The notes beneath the pieces are model-generated. The model saw only the letters and a list, made by a program, of their open reading frames with translations. It did no database searches and had not been told where the DNA came from. This document shows, piece after piece, positions 1 to 9,769 of a DNA stretch of 64,000 bases; the stretch's first letter is position 1; every line of letters begins with the position of its first letter. Origin of the DNA: an uncultured delta proteobacterium (GTDB lineage Bacteria; Desulfobacterota; Binatia; Binatales; Binataceae). Location: NCBI GenBank assembly GCA_963811865.1, contig CAWESZ010000003.1, positions 359,779 through 423,778 of the forward strand. Direction: 5' to 3'. The position numbers and the translations under genes are program-made.

Positions 1-2
1 GA

Positions 3-1181
3 TCACGACAGCGCCTTGCGGATGGCGCCGGCGATGCTTCGCGGATGGACCTGCTCGACTCGGACACTATCGCATCCCACCCACGATGCGGCCTCGCACA
101 GGGCCGACGCCATCGCGGGGACTGCCGACCGGTCGTCAAGCGTGAGCTTGCGGATCACGAGCGTCTTCCCGTCGCGCGCGGGGTCCACCCGGCCGACCAG
201 GCGCCCATCGGCGAGCAGGGGCATCGTGAAATATCCGTGCACGCGCTTCGCCCTGGGTACGTAGGCCTCCAGCGACAAGGCGAAACCGAACAGCCGCTCG
301 GTTCGCTCGCGCTCCCAGACGAGCGAGTCAAATGGCGAGAGCAGTGTGACGCGATGCTGTTCGCGGGCCAACGATTGAAGCGCGATCGGATCGGCGAAGG
401 CGGTCTCGTGCCACCCTTCAACGCGGACCGGCACGAGGCCGCTGTCGGCGATTGCCGCATCGAGCAGGCGATGGGCGTCCGGCGGGCTGCCGACCGGCTT
501 GGTCGTCAGCCGGAAGTAATTGGCGATATCGCGCCGAGTGCCGACGCCAAGCGCCCGTCCCGTGGATCGAACCAGATAACGGTAGCACTCAGCATCGGAC
601 GGTTCGTTGCCACGCATCCGCGAAGCAGGCGTGCGCTCAGGCAAATCGTAGATTCGCTTCCAGCCTCTGCGCGACGTGCACACAACCTCGCCCCGGCGGT
701 AGAGCATCTCGATCGCGTGCTTGGATTCGGACCAGTTCCACCAGCCGCCGTGGTCTTTCCTTGCTCCACCCAGATCGCTCGCGGTTACCGGCCCGTCGCG
801 AAGCCGGGCGCGCACCTCGCGCAACACTCGCGCTGACAGGCTGCGCATCGGCCTTTCGCGCCATTGGCGACGCCGGAAGGCGAAGAACGGCCAGGCTTCG
901 ATGGGCAGCACGCAGTTGGCGTGCGCGTAGTACTCGAAAGCCCGCGCCGGCTGTCCCCAGTACGCCTCTTCTACTGTGATGCGTCCCGCATCGCCCAGGC
1001 GCGCGTAGGCAACCAGCTCATGGGACCGAGCCAGCACCGAGATCGTGTCCAGTTGCACCGCGCCGACGCGCCGCAGCAGTCCGTGAACTCCGCCGTTCAG
1101 GTCCGTCCCGAGCAGGCCTTGGGCTCGCAATGCTGCGATGCGCGCCTCATCCGCGGTGATCTGTTGAACGGATCCGTTCAT
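3..1181 (-). CDS. winged-helix DNA-binding protein of the YcaQ/AlkZ-like (DUF1006) family
   Basis: 392-aa intact ORF. N-terminal ARIAALRAQGLLG..LLRRVGAVQLD and overall length/composition resemble YcaQ/AlkZ-like winged-helix proteins. Assignment from memory of family features only. Confidence 0.5.
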   Translation of the reverse strand: MNGSVQQITADEARIAALRAQGLLGTDLNGGVHGLLRRVGAVQLDTISVLARSHELVAYARLGDAGRITVEEAYWGQPARAFEYYAHANCVLPIEAWPFFAFRRRQWRERPMRSLSARVLREVRARLRDGPVTASDLGGARKDHGGWWNWSESKHAIEMLYRRGEVVCTSRRGWKRIYDLPERTPASRMRGNEPSDAECYRYLVRSTGRALGVGTRRDIANYFRLTTKPVGSPPDAHRLLDAAIADSGLVPVRVEGWHETAFADPIALQSLAREQHRVTLLSPFDSLVWERERTERLFGFALSLEAYVPRAKRVHGYFTMPLLADGRLVGRVDPARDGKTLVIRKLTLDDRSAVPAMASALCEAASWVGCDSVRVEQVHPRSIAGAIRKALS

Positions 1182-1285
1182 TACGAAACGGCCGAGCTCG
1201 CCTGGTTCGATCGGCCGTCGATGCTCGCACCGGGTGGCCTGCGCGTCAACTGCTTACGAATTCGCCTGCCTTAGACGCGCGGGGA

Positions 1286-1951
1286 TTGACCCGTGTTGGT
1301 CGGACGGCTAATCTTTTGGTCGTGCGACCAGAAATTATCCCACACGGCCAGGAAGACCGTTCGTTCATTGAAACTGCGCGGCGCGCGCAAATTGTCGAAT
1401 GCGCAATCGATGCGATCGCGGAACTCGGATACGCCAACGCCTCGCTGGCCGAGATTGCAAGGCGCGCCGGCGTCAGCAAGGGCGTGATCTCTTATCACTT
1501 CGCCGGCAAAGCCGAGCTGATCGAGCAAGTCGTGAACTCGGTGGTGGCGAAAAGCAGCGCCGTGATGCTCCCCCGGATCCTCGCTGAGCACAGCGTTGCG
1601 GGAATGCTGCGGGTGTACGTCGAGAGCAACCTCGAGTTCATCGGCTCTCATCACAATCACATTCAAGCGGTGATGAACATTTTGGCGGGCGCCCGCGCTG
1701 ACGATGGCAAGCCCCTGATCGATTTCACCATGACGTTCGAAACGGCAGTCCGCGAGCTGGAGAAACTTCTGCACTACGGACAGGAGCGGGGCGAGTTCCG
1801 TGAGTTCTCAACCAAGGTAATGGCGATAGCAGTCAGGAGTGCGATCGACGCACTCCCAGCCCTACTGGCCATCGATCCGGAACTGGATCTGAAATTCTAC
1901 GCGCAGGAATTGGCGACCCTGTTCGATCTGGCTACTCGCAAGTCCGCGTAG
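1286..1951 (+). CDS. TetR/AcrR family transcriptional regulator
   Basis: 221-aa ORF. N-terminal HTH RRAQIVECAIDAIAELGYANASLAEIARRAGVSKGVISYHF is the canonical TetR signature. Divergent from the upstream gene and leads the plus-strand glycan operon. Confidence 0.7.
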   Translation: MTRVGRTANLLVVRPEIIPHGQEDRSFIETARRAQIVECAIDAIAELGYANASLAEIARRAGVSKGVISYHFAGKAELIEQVVNSVVAKSSAVMLPRILAEHSVAGMLRVYVESNLEFIGSHHNHIQAVMNILAGARADDGKPLIDFTMTFETAVRELEKLLHYGQERGEFREFSTKVMAIAVRSAIDALPALLAIDPELDLKFYAQELATLFDLATRKSA

Positions 1952-1965
1952 CGGAGGCAATTCCA

Positions 1966-3216
1966 ATGGCGTCGTCAGCAGGAGCGCTTCTCAAGCCGGA
2001 ATCGGCCGACAACAGCGAGATGCAGGCCGGCGGCGTCGCGAGAGCTGGACACAATGTCGCGCTCGGATATCTGCGCGGCTTCCTGGTCGTGCTGGTGCTG
2101 GCGCATCATTCGGTGCTGGCCTACATAGACTTGCCGCAGCCCCTTGCCAGTTCGCTACTGGCCCAGCCTCAATTGTGGCGCGCCTTCCCGGTGCTCGATC
2201 ATGTGCACTCGACGGGATTCGGTCTGTTCACCGGCTTCAACGACGACTTCTTTATGTCGTTGATGTTTTTCGTCTCCGGGCTGTTCGTATGGTCCAGTCT
2301 TCGACGCAAAGGCAACGCCGGTTTCATCCGCGATCGCCTGCGCCGGCTTGGCATTCCGTTTCTGTTCGCGGCTGCGATCATCGCTCCCGTCGCGTACTAT
2401 CCCGCGTATCTGATGACCGGCGCGCACGACTTGACCGGCTACCTTCACGACTGGCTCGCGTTTGGCGACTGGCCGACCGGACCTGCCTGGTTCATCTGGC
2501 TGCTGCTGGCGTTCGATCTCGCCGCCGCGGCGCTGTTCGCGTTGAGGCCGAATTTCGGCGCCGCAATTGGCCGTCTGGTATCGAACGCGCACCGACATCC
2601 GGTGCGATTCTATCTGCTGCTCGTCGCCGCTTCCGCGGCCGTCTATATTCCGATGTTTCGCATCTTCGGCCCGATGGACTGGACCAGCATCGGACCGTTC
2701 CAGTTCCAGACTGCACGGGTCTTTCATTACGCGGTCTACTTTCTCGCGGGAATCGGCGTCGGCGCCTACGGAATCGAGCGCGGCCTGCTGGCGCCGCACG
2801 GGACGCTCGCGCAGCATTGGGCGCGATGGACCATCTGGATGGTCGTCGCGTTCGGGTTGAGCGTGGTGTTCTTCCTGATCGTGATCTCAAAAGGTGGCGC
2901 GATGTCACCGGTCGTCTTGAGCGTCACCGGCGGCACGGTGTTCGCAGCGACTTGCGGCGCGATCTCGCTCGCCTTCATGGCGCTGTTCGTGCGATTCGCC
3001 ACGCGCCGTTTCTGGATCTTCGACAGCCTCAGCGAGAACGAATACGGGATGTATCTGATCCATTACATGTTCGTGTCCTGGCTGCAGCTCGCGATTCTGA
3101 GCGCGCCGCTTTCAGCCTTCGAAAAGGGCGTACTGGTCTTCGCGGGCACGCTGCTGCTGAGCTGGGGCGCCAGCGCGGCCGTCCGCAGCATCCCCGGCGT
3201 GTCGCGGATCGTTTAG
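1966..3216 (+). CDS. acyltransferase family 3 (OafA/OatA-like) integral membrane O-acyltransferase
   Basis: 416-aa multi-TM ORF. Motif GYLRGFLVVLVLAHHSVLAY matches the acyltransferase-3 N-terminal R..G....V...HH block. Confidence 0.6.
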   Translation: MASSAGALLKPESADNSEMQAGGVARAGHNVALGYLRGFLVVLVLAHHSVLAYIDLPQPLASSLLAQPQLWRAFPVLDHVHSTGFGLFTGFNDDFFMSLMFFVSGLFVWSSLRRKGNAGFIRDRLRRLGIPFLFAAAIIAPVAYYPAYLMTGAHDLTGYLHDWLAFGDWPTGPAWFIWLLLAFDLAAAALFALRPNFGAAIGRLVSNAHRHPVRFYLLLVAASAAVYIPMFRIFGPMDWTSIGPFQFQTARVFHYAVYFLAGIGVGAYGIERGLLAPHGTLAQHWARWTIWMVVAFGLSVVFFLIVISKGGAMSPVVLSVTGGTVFAATCGAISLAFMALFVRFATRRFWIFDSLSENEYGMYLIHYMFVSWLQLAILSAPLSAFEKGVLVFAGTLLLSWGASAAVRSIPGVSRIV

Positions 3217-3285
3217 TCCGCCGCACGATTCCGAAGCTTCCCGCGCAACCCGGCGCCCCGATCGGGCGTCGCCGCGCCAACTATC

Positions 3286-4833
3286 TTGGCGACCACCCGC
3301 GCGGGGGACCGGCAAAGCGTGACGCCAGCGGGTAGAATGGCGGAGATGGTCCGACCGGGTCCGCTCTCCCGCGTCACCGGGACGCAACGCGTTGCCGCAC
3401 CACGACGGTTGCGCGTCGACGCGTACATCGTGGCAGCGCTGGCGCTCGCTGCCGCGGCGACCCGCTTCATCGGCCTGGGTCATCCGGCGACGCTGGTCTA
3501 TGACGAGAAGTTCACCGTCGACTCCGCGCGACTCTACCTGCAGCATCTGCCGGATCGCGAGACTCATCCGCCGCTCGCCGCGGAACTGATCGCGATCTGC
3601 ATCCGGGCCTTCGGTGACCGGGCCGTGAGTTGGCGCCTGGCCGGCGCCAGCCTCGGCAGCGCTCTGGTCTGCGTCACCTACCTGCTGGGACATCGGATGT
3701 TCAAGTCTCGCGTCGCGGCCGCGCTGGCGGCGCTCTTCGTGCTTTGCGACGGCCAGTTCCTGGTCGATTCGCGGCTCGCGCACTGGGAAATTTTCTACCT
3801 GACCTTCGCCGCGTGCGCCTACCTGACGTTGTTCCGATTCGCCCAGAGCCGCGATCCGTTCGCGCGGCGCCGGACGCTGGTCTGGATGGGAATTGCGCTT
3901 GGCCTGTGCCTGGCCTCCAAACTCGGGATCCCGCTGGTGACCTTCGCGCTGGTGATGGGGGCGGTGGCATTCGTGATGGTGCGGGCGGTCGCCGCCGCGG
4001 ACCCGCGCCCGCGCGTCTGGAGCTTCGCCGCAATCCGGCCGCTCGCCGGCGCTTTCGCGCTGGTCGGCGGTTTGGCCGCGCTCGTCTACATCCTGCTTTT
4101 TCTGCCGACCTACTATTTCGGATGGTGGCATGGCGTCAGCGATCAGATCTCCTACTTTCGCGAGACCTTGCGCGGCCAGATCCATGTCCCCGCTACCCAT
4201 TCCTATAGCTCGCCGTGGTGGAGCTGGCCGCTGTTGCTCCGACCACTGCTCTACTGGAACGAGGAGAATCTGCTCATTCTGCCGGGGGCGAAGGTCGCTT
4301 CGATACTGGGAATCGACAATCCGGTGATTTGCTGGGCGTTGCTGGTGTCGATCCCGCTCGCGGCCGGAAGAGCGATCACGCGCTGTAACCTGGCGCAGGG
4401 ATTCGCCGTCCTCGGTTACGCGGTCTATCTTTTGATGTGGATCCCGGTCAGCCGCTATAAATTTCTCTATTACTACATGCCTGCGCTGTATCTCGGGTTT
4501 CTGAGTCTTGCCGGGACGCTCGGCGAATGCTGGGATGGCGAGGCCGGAAGCTGGGAGCATGCGGCCCTGCTCATTGCTCTGACTCCTTCGATGATGGTCG
4601 GGCTGGGGATCGGTCCGGGGTTGGCCGTGGCCGCGGCGACCGCGGCGAGTTACGTCCTGCTGCTGCGCTCGCGCTCGCAATACGGCGGGCGTTTCGTATG
4701 TGCGGCGTACGCCGGGGCTACCGCGATCGCATTTTTCTATTTTCTGCCAATCTGGACCGGCACACCGATTACCGCGGCGCAGCTTGACGCCCGGCTGTGG
4801 TTGAAGGGCTCCGGGCTGGCGAGCTGGCGCTGA
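3286..4833 (+). CDS. GT-C glycosyltransferase, family 39 / PMT-like (polyprenol-phosphate-mannose dependent protein mannosyltransferase-like)
   Basis: 515-aa polytopic membrane ORF. First-loop DE motif (LVYDEKFTVDSARLYL) and overall hydropathy resemble PMT/GT39 proteins. Confidence 0.55.
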   Translation: MATTRAGDRQSVTPAGRMAEMVRPGPLSRVTGTQRVAAPRRLRVDAYIVAALALAAAATRFIGLGHPATLVYDEKFTVDSARLYLQHLPDRETHPPLAAELIAICIRAFGDRAVSWRLAGASLGSALVCVTYLLGHRMFKSRVAAALAALFVLCDGQFLVDSRLAHWEIFYLTFAACAYLTLFRFAQSRDPFARRRTLVWMGIALGLCLASKLGIPLVTFALVMGAVAFVMVRAVAAADPRPRVWSFAAIRPLAGAFALVGGLAALVYILLFLPTYYFGWWHGVSDQISYFRETLRGQIHVPATHSYSSPWWSWPLLLRPLLYWNEENLLILPGAKVASILGIDNPVICWALLVSIPLAAGRAITRCNLAQGFAVLGYAVYLLMWIPVSRYKFLYYYMPALYLGFLSLAGTLGECWDGEAGSWEHAALLIALTPSMMVGLGIGPGLAVAAATAASYVLLLRSRSQYGGRFVCAAYAGATAIAFFYFLPIWTGTPITAAQLDARLWLKGSGLASWR

Positions 4834-4834
4834 G

Positions 4835-5602
4835 GTGCTCTCGTCGGTGCACCGGATCGTAAATCGAAGCGCGCTTGCCGCCGCCGTGCTGCTCATTGTT
4901 CTGGCGCTGTGCCCGGCAAGACCGGCTTCGAGCGACGAGAATCTCGTGCACAACGGTGATCTGATCGCGGGCAGCGGCGATTTACCTGACGATTGGCGCC
5001 CGACCAGCTTGAGGAAACGGAGCGTCAGCGTCTTCTCGTGGCAGCGTGCATCCGCCGATCCGGGGGAGTTGCGTCTGACCAGCAGCGAACCCAACGTGGC
5101 CGACTGGAGTCAGACCCTCGCCTTGTCTCCCGGATGGTATTACTTGTCCGGAGAAATGCGGATGCCGGGTATCGCCGCCTCATACAGCGGGGCGACGATC
5201 GGAATCCAGGTGAGTGCGCACGCATTTGGTGTGTCATGGCTCGGCGCAGGCACGGCCGCGGATTGGCGCAAGGGAGGCCTATACTTCAAGGTCGGCGGGT
5301 CCGGACGGAACGTGCAGGTGATCTGCCGCCTTGAGGGCACCGGCGCGGCGCTTTTCCGCCTCATCCGGCTTGCGCGGGTGCCCGATGCGCCGGCCAATGC
5401 CGCGCGCGTCGATCTCGATTCAGTTCAGGACCAGCCCGAGATCGTGAGTTCGAGCGTAAAGCCGAGACCGTTCGCGCCACCAAGGGGCCGCGGTTGGACG
5501 ATCGTCGCAACCATCTTGTTGCTGGCGGGAATTGCCATTTGGGGTTGGACCGTGCTGGGACCCGATCCGCACGAAGCTCACGGCAATGACCAAGGATCCT
5601 AA
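4835..5602 (+). CDS. membrane-anchored secreted protein with CBM4/9-like domain
   Basis: 255-aa ORF with GTG start overlapping the stop of the GT39 gene. N-terminal signal peptide. ENLVHNGDLIAGSGDLPDDW resembles the NLxxNGxFE..W start of CBM4/9/22 modules. C-terminal TM helix WTIVATILLLAGIAIWGWTVLG. Confidence 0.4.
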   Translation: MLSSVHRIVNRSALAAAVLLIVLALCPARPASSDENLVHNGDLIAGSGDLPDDWRPTSLRKRSVSVFSWQRASADPGELRLTSSEPNVADWSQTLALSPGWYYLSGEMRMPGIAASYSGATIGIQVSAHAFGVSWLGAGTAADWRKGGLYFKVGGSGRNVQVICRLEGTGAALFRLIRLARVPDAPANAARVDLDSVQDQPEIVSSSVKPRPFAPPRGRGWTIVATILLLAGIAIWGWTVLGPDPHEAHGNDQGS

Positions 5603-5741
5603 TCCCAAGGCGGAAGCTCGCACATCTGCCGCCATGCAAAACTTCTCCGCACTGAAGTTCAGATATCGCGGGGCTGTCGATGCTATCTGCGCCAACGCGC
5701 TGCGGTCGAATCTCGCCGTTGCCCTGAACCGGCTCACTTGA
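5586..5741 (+). CDS. small hypothetical ORF (51 aa) immediately upstream of the HprK-related kinase
   Basis: ATG at 5586 inside ORF-track 5532..5741. MTKDPNPKAEARTSAAMQNFSALKFRYRGAVDAICANALRSNLAVALNRLT. No family recognised; could be non-coding. Confidence 0.15.
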   Translation: MTKDPNPKAEARTSAAMQNFSALKFRYRGAVDAICANALRSNLAVALNRLT

Positions 5742-5864
5742 TACAACGGCGCATTCGCGCCTGTCCGAGCGCTCGCGCATCCGCCAAAAATGTCCAGCCA
5801 GCCTGGTCCCCGGATAGCACGATCGCCGAGCGGCGAGGCAATTCCGAAAAAGGAACATCGCTGA

Positions 5865-6851
5865 GTGAGTACCGCGGGTTTTGATTTTTACGGTGTGGGA
5901 CTCATTGTGAGCGGTTCGGCGTCGGCGGTGATCGCCGGCTTCGAGCGCGATTTCGCGTATTTTCTGGCCACGCCGTCGCGGTCAGCGATTGAGATCTCGG
6001 CTTACGACAGCGATCCGCCCTGGGACCGGATTCCCGATCGGATCGCCAGCATGGTGACCCCCAATGCGATCAGCTACGACCAGGGCCCGCTGCGTTACAA
6101 CGACTACCAGCGCGAGGCCCTGGCTATTTATGATTTCGCGGCCGAAAAGGGCGAGCTCTGGTCGCATGATCCCGACCTTCTGTACGAGCTTACCTATCTG
6201 ATGGCGCTCTCGCGGGTGGGCGAAATTCACGACCGTCGCGGCATCCACCGGGTGCACGCCCTAGGCGTTTCAGTGGACGGCCGCGGCGCGCTGGTGCTGC
6301 TCCCCGAAGGCGGCGGGAAGACCACCCTTGCACTCGAACTGCTGAAACGGCCCGGCGTAAAAGTCCTTTCCGACGATACGCCGCTGCTCGCCGGCGGCAG
6401 GCTGCGCGCGTTTCCCACCCGAATGGGAGTTCGCGGCGAAGTGAACGGAATCCCGCCCGAGTATCTACGCACTTTTCGACGCCGGAAACACGGCGCGAAA
6501 ACCCTCATCGACTTGAGCTACTTCCGCGACCGGGTGGCCGACGAAGCAGTTCCCGAAGCGGTAATCGTCGGAGTCCGAAGCAGCGGCGTCCCGTCCCGAA
6601 TTGAAGCGGTAAGCCGCACCGCAGTTTTTCCGGCCGTCGCGGCGAACCTGATCTTCGGGCTCGGGCTGCCGCAAGTCGTGGAATACTTTCTGCGCGGCGG
6701 CGTGAGAGACAAGCTTCAGAAAGCCGCAATCGCCAGCTCGCGCCTGACCAGCGCGGTACGCCTGCTCGCGCGCGCCAAATGCTATCGGCTGGTGTTGGGC
6801 CAGGACCTCGAGAGCGCCGGCACGGCGATCCTGTCGGTCCTTGCGCGATGA
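5865..6851 (+). CDS. HprK-related serine kinase (HPr kinase/phosphorylase C-terminal-like domain)
   Basis: 328 aa. VHALGVSVDGRGALVLLPEGGGKTTLALELLKRPGVKVLSDDTPLL is the HprK C-domain P-loop and following block. No N-terminal HprK domain, as in the HprK-related kinase A/B families. Confidence 0.55.
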   Translation: MSTAGFDFYGVGLIVSGSASAVIAGFERDFAYFLATPSRSAIEISAYDSDPPWDRIPDRIASMVTPNAISYDQGPLRYNDYQREALAIYDFAAEKGELWSHDPDLLYELTYLMALSRVGEIHDRRGIHRVHALGVSVDGRGALVLLPEGGGKTTLALELLKRPGVKVLSDDTPLLAGGRLRAFPTRMGVRGEVNGIPPEYLRTFRRRKHGAKTLIDLSYFRDRVADEAVPEAVIVGVRSSGVPSRIEAVSRTAVFPAVAANLIFGLGLPQVVEYFLRGGVRDKLQKAAIASSRLTSAVRLLARAKCYRLVLGQDLESAGTAILSVLAR

Positions 6852-6879
6852 CCCGCGAGTCGCGCCGGCCTGATCAGAT

Positions 6880-8202
6880 CTACAACGCGTTGGCGCGGTA
6901 CACGTAGCTCGCCAGCTCATCGCAACTCCGCATTTCCCCGGCATCCTGCAAGCGCGCGAGCAATGCGTCGTACTGCTCGATCCAGTATCGGGAATAGCAA
7001 TCATGCAGTCCGACGGCGACGAACTTCTTCGCCGCGATCGTCCGGAACAACCGCTGCGTCCATTCGTCGTAGGGCTCCCCGGTCGCAAGCCCCCAATCGT
7101 CCTGATGAACCGGGATCCTGACGATCCCGTTTTCGAGCGTCGGCTCGTCGATGCCGAGACTGCGGGCGGAGGACATCAGCCATTCGAAATTGTAAAGCGA
7201 AAGATTGTACCAGGTGATCTCCGGTGTAATGACCGATTGAGCCGGGCGATAGCCTTTGACCTGCAAATCCACTTGGCGAACCTTTCCCAGTTGCGCCGAA
7301 TCGTTGATCTGATGATCATAGGTATGAAAGCCCAGCGTGTGACAATCCGAATCCAATACCGACGGCGCAACTTCGCGAAAGATCGTCCCCAGCACGTTGT
7401 AGGTCGCGCGGACTCCGCGCTGGTGTTCCAGCTCCAGCATGCGCGCCAACGCCGCCGCGCATTCCGCTTTTGAGACCATCGTATCAACGTCCTGCTCAAC
7501 GTCGTGATACAGGCAGATGACGCGCTCGGGCGCGGGCAGCTCGGACGAAGCCGGTTCGAGGCGCGCGATACGCTCGCGATTGGCGGCCAGCTCGATTCGC
7601 CAGTATTGCGCCTCACTTTGCGCGTCGCGCGTGCACTCGTACAGCCCGGCAACGGAGTCATAGATCTCGGTGAACAGGCCGGGATCGACCGGCCTGGGGG
7701 TGGTGGCAATGATATGCGCGGCAGTCGGGGAATATACTATGTCGAGCGCCAGATCAGCAGCGAAGTCGAGTATGGCGTTGAGCACGAGCTTGTACCAATA
7801 GCGAAATCGATTATTGAGCCGTGAAGCGCATTCACGTTTCAGCTCCTCACTTCTGAAAATCTGCTGACAGAGATCCGACTGAAGCAACGTAACGTATGCG
7901 GCCCCGGCTTCGACGAATAGCCCGGCGGCCCCAATCAATCCGTCCCGGCCAAACTGTTGCGCGTGCCAGTTTATCGCGCGATCCCTGAACAGCCGCACCG
8001 GAAAATCTTCGATTCTTGGTGAATAGACATTGATTTGATAGCACCGGCCCGCAGCGATCCGTTCGGGCGAAAATCCGCGCCGCTCAAGCTTCAGAATCGT
8101 GTCGGGATATTGCTTGCGGAGCCGAGTGACTTCGTGCGGGAAAAACTCGCGGCGGCGCAAGCCTCTGGCCGTGAACAAGCTCGCGTCGGAGCCGCGTTTC
8201 AT
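6880..8202 (-). CDS. hypothetical protein, C-terminal half polysaccharide-deacetylase (NodB)-like
   Basis: ORF-track 6880..8358 trimmed to ATG 8202 (MKRGSDAS...), which overlaps the stop of the upstream GT2 gene (ATGA-type overlap). LYHDVEQDVD and LGFHTYDHQ resemble NodB motifs 1 and 2. N-terminal ~230 aa unassigned. Confidence 0.4.
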   Translation of the reverse strand: MKRGSDASLFTARGLRRREFFPHEVTRLRKQYPDTILKLERRGFSPERIAAGRCYQINVYSPRIEDFPVRLFRDRAINWHAQQFGRDGLIGAAGLFVEAGAAYVTLLQSDLCQQIFRSEELKRECASRLNNRFRYWYKLVLNAILDFAADLALDIVYSPTAAHIIATTPRPVDPGLFTEIYDSVAGLYECTRDAQSEAQYWRIELAANRERIARLEPASSELPAPERVICLYHDVEQDVDTMVSKAECAAALARMLELEHQRGVRATYNVLGTIFREVAPSVLDSDCHTLGFHTYDHQINDSAQLGKVRQVDLQVKGYRPAQSVITPEITWYNLSLYNFEWLMSSARSLGIDEPTLENGIVRIPVHQDDWGLATGEPYDEWTQRLFRTIAAKKFVAVGLHDCYSRYWIEQYDALLARLQDAGEMRSCDELASYVYRANAL

Positions 8203-8209
8203 CGCGGTT

Positions 8210-9076
8210 TTACGCCGCGCCGGCTCGCGATTTGCGGCGTTGGTTGGCGCGATGAACCGGCTCGCCGTACCACGGTGTGTGCGCGGCCATGATCCGGGCC
8301 CGGTCCGCTTCCGTGACGTTGTGCTTGCGCAGAATTCTCTCCAGGCCCGCGATCGCATCCGCGGGATCCCGCAGCGTCAGCCGCTCGCCTTCATGGTCGC
8401 GATAGTTATACAGGCTCTGTTGCACGATGCCCACGCTCGCCCCGCGCTCGAGCAGGACCCAGACCATGTCGAAGTCATCGATGCCGGGGAAATCGCCCAG
8501 CGTTTCGTCGGCGCCGCCGATGGCCTTGAGCCGGTCTCGTCTGAACAGGAAGAAGTGGCTCAGATAACTCGCCCTTTGGTCCAGATGCTTGCGCCGTTCG
8601 AATCCGCGCAGATTCGGGATCGCGCTGACTTCGGGCAGCGACGTCACGCCGTCGCTCGCGTAGGAAGTCTGACCCGTGGACACAATGTCGTTTTCGTGTT
8701 TGACGCAGAGCGCGACTGCCTCTCGATCCAGCCAGTCGTCCGACATCAACAACCCGACCCGGTCGGCGCCGGCCAGATTGATGCCGAAGTTCAGCGCCGC
8801 GGCGAACCCCGGTATCGGCTGTCGTGCGGATCGCAGTAGACCGTCGAATTGATCGCGCAGCCGCGCGATCAGGTGGAGATTCGATTCGCGGGTCTTCGGC
8901 GCGTGCACGACGATGACCTCGCAAGGAACGGTCTGGGTCAGCGCCGACCGCAGGCTCTGCTCCAGCCAGTCATCGCGCTGATCCAGCAGCGGTACGATGA
9001 TGCTCGCGGCGAATCGCTTTGAGGACATGAGTAACTCAGGTTGATGGACGCCCGAGGCCGAATCCCGGGCTGACAA
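8210..9076 (-). CDS. glycosyltransferase family 2
   Basis: 288 aa. FAASIIVPLLDQRD..CEVIVVHA..SDDWLD are the GT2 N-terminal Rossmann and DXD blocks. Confidence 0.7.
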   Translation of the reverse strand: MSARDSASGVHQPELLMSSKRFAASIIVPLLDQRDDWLEQSLRSALTQTVPCEVIVVHAPKTRESNLHLIARLRDQFDGLLRSARQPIPGFAAALNFGINLAGADRVGLLMSDDWLDREAVALCVKHENDIVSTGQTSYASDGVTSLPEVSAIPNLRGFERRKHLDQRASYLSHFFLFRRDRLKAIGGADETLGDFPGIDDFDMVWVLLERGASVGIVQQSLYNYRDHEGERLTLRDPADAIAGLERILRKHNVTEADRARIMAAHTPWYGEPVHRANQRRKSRAGAA

Positions 9077-9766
9077 TCAATACCCCATCAGCCTGGCGGT
9101 TTCGTGGGTCTCGGCTGAGAATTCCTTACCTGAGGATCGCCAGATGCCGACTCTCGAGGTCGACAGGCGACCCTCCTTGAGGCGCTGGTGGCGGTCGAGT
9201 TTCAGCATCATATGCGGCACGTCACTTGGCGCCCAACTGCGCTTGACTTCAAGGGGCTTGCCGAGGACCGCAGCGATCCCTGCGATCTCCCGGCCGGGAT
9301 CGGCGACCAGATCCTCATATCGCAGCCAAAGGTTGAACTGCTCCCGATGTTGCCACACGAGCCGATACGCGTCGTTCAGAGCGGCTTCGGTCAGCCAATC
9401 CGGTAACGGCGTGACAAGTGCGTCGCGAATATCGCGGAAAATCGCGATCACCGGAAACCCGCGCAAACGGCAAACGTCGAAGTAGCCAATAAAGATCCGA
9501 TCGCAAGTCTTGATTCCCAGTTGATGGGAACCGATCGCGGCTTCGCAATGGAGTATCAACTCCACGGCTTCGGGATATGTCAGTTCCCGCCCGGACATTT
9601 CCGGAAACGATATGCCCGGAAATCGCGACCTGAGAACCGGAATTCCCCTATGCCCCTGAGCCGGGTTGTGAAAGTCGGGCTCGTCGAGGCATATGATGTC
9701 GCCTTGATTAAGCATCAGGGTGAGCAGCGTCGTTCCGCTCAGAGCTGGCCCGCCGACGAGGAACAT
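9077..9766 (-). CDS. sulfotransferase family protein
   Basis: 229 aa. 5'-PSB P-loop LVGGPALSGTTLL. Size and arrangement typical of bacterial Sulfotransfer_3 proteins. Abuts the GT2 start with no gap. Confidence 0.6.
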   Translation of the reverse strand: MFLVGGPALSGTTLLTLMLNQGDIICLDEPDFHNPAQGHRGIPVLRSRFPGISFPEMSGRELTYPEAVELILHCEAAIGSHQLGIKTCDRIFIGYFDVCRLRGFPVIAIFRDIRDALVTPLPDWLTEAALNDAYRLVWQHREQFNLWLRYEDLVADPGREIAGIAAVLGKPLEVKRSWAPSDVPHMMLKLDRHQRLKEGRLSTSRVGIWRSSGKEFSAETHETARLMGY

Positions 9767-9769
9767 CGC

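Noticed and set aside
2175-3335. 386-aa ORF in an alternate frame across the acyltransferase-3 gene (Arg/Ala-rich translation)
   Set aside because: Typical high-GC shadow ORF. Composition RRR/AAA-rich. No family resemblance. The overlapping frame has a clear acyltransferase-3 signature.
3112-5094. 660-aa minus-strand ORF antisense to the GT39 and CBM-like genes
   Set aside because: Antisense GC-rich shadow ORF (R/G/A/D/Q-rich low complexity). The sense strand carries well-supported membrane-protein genes.
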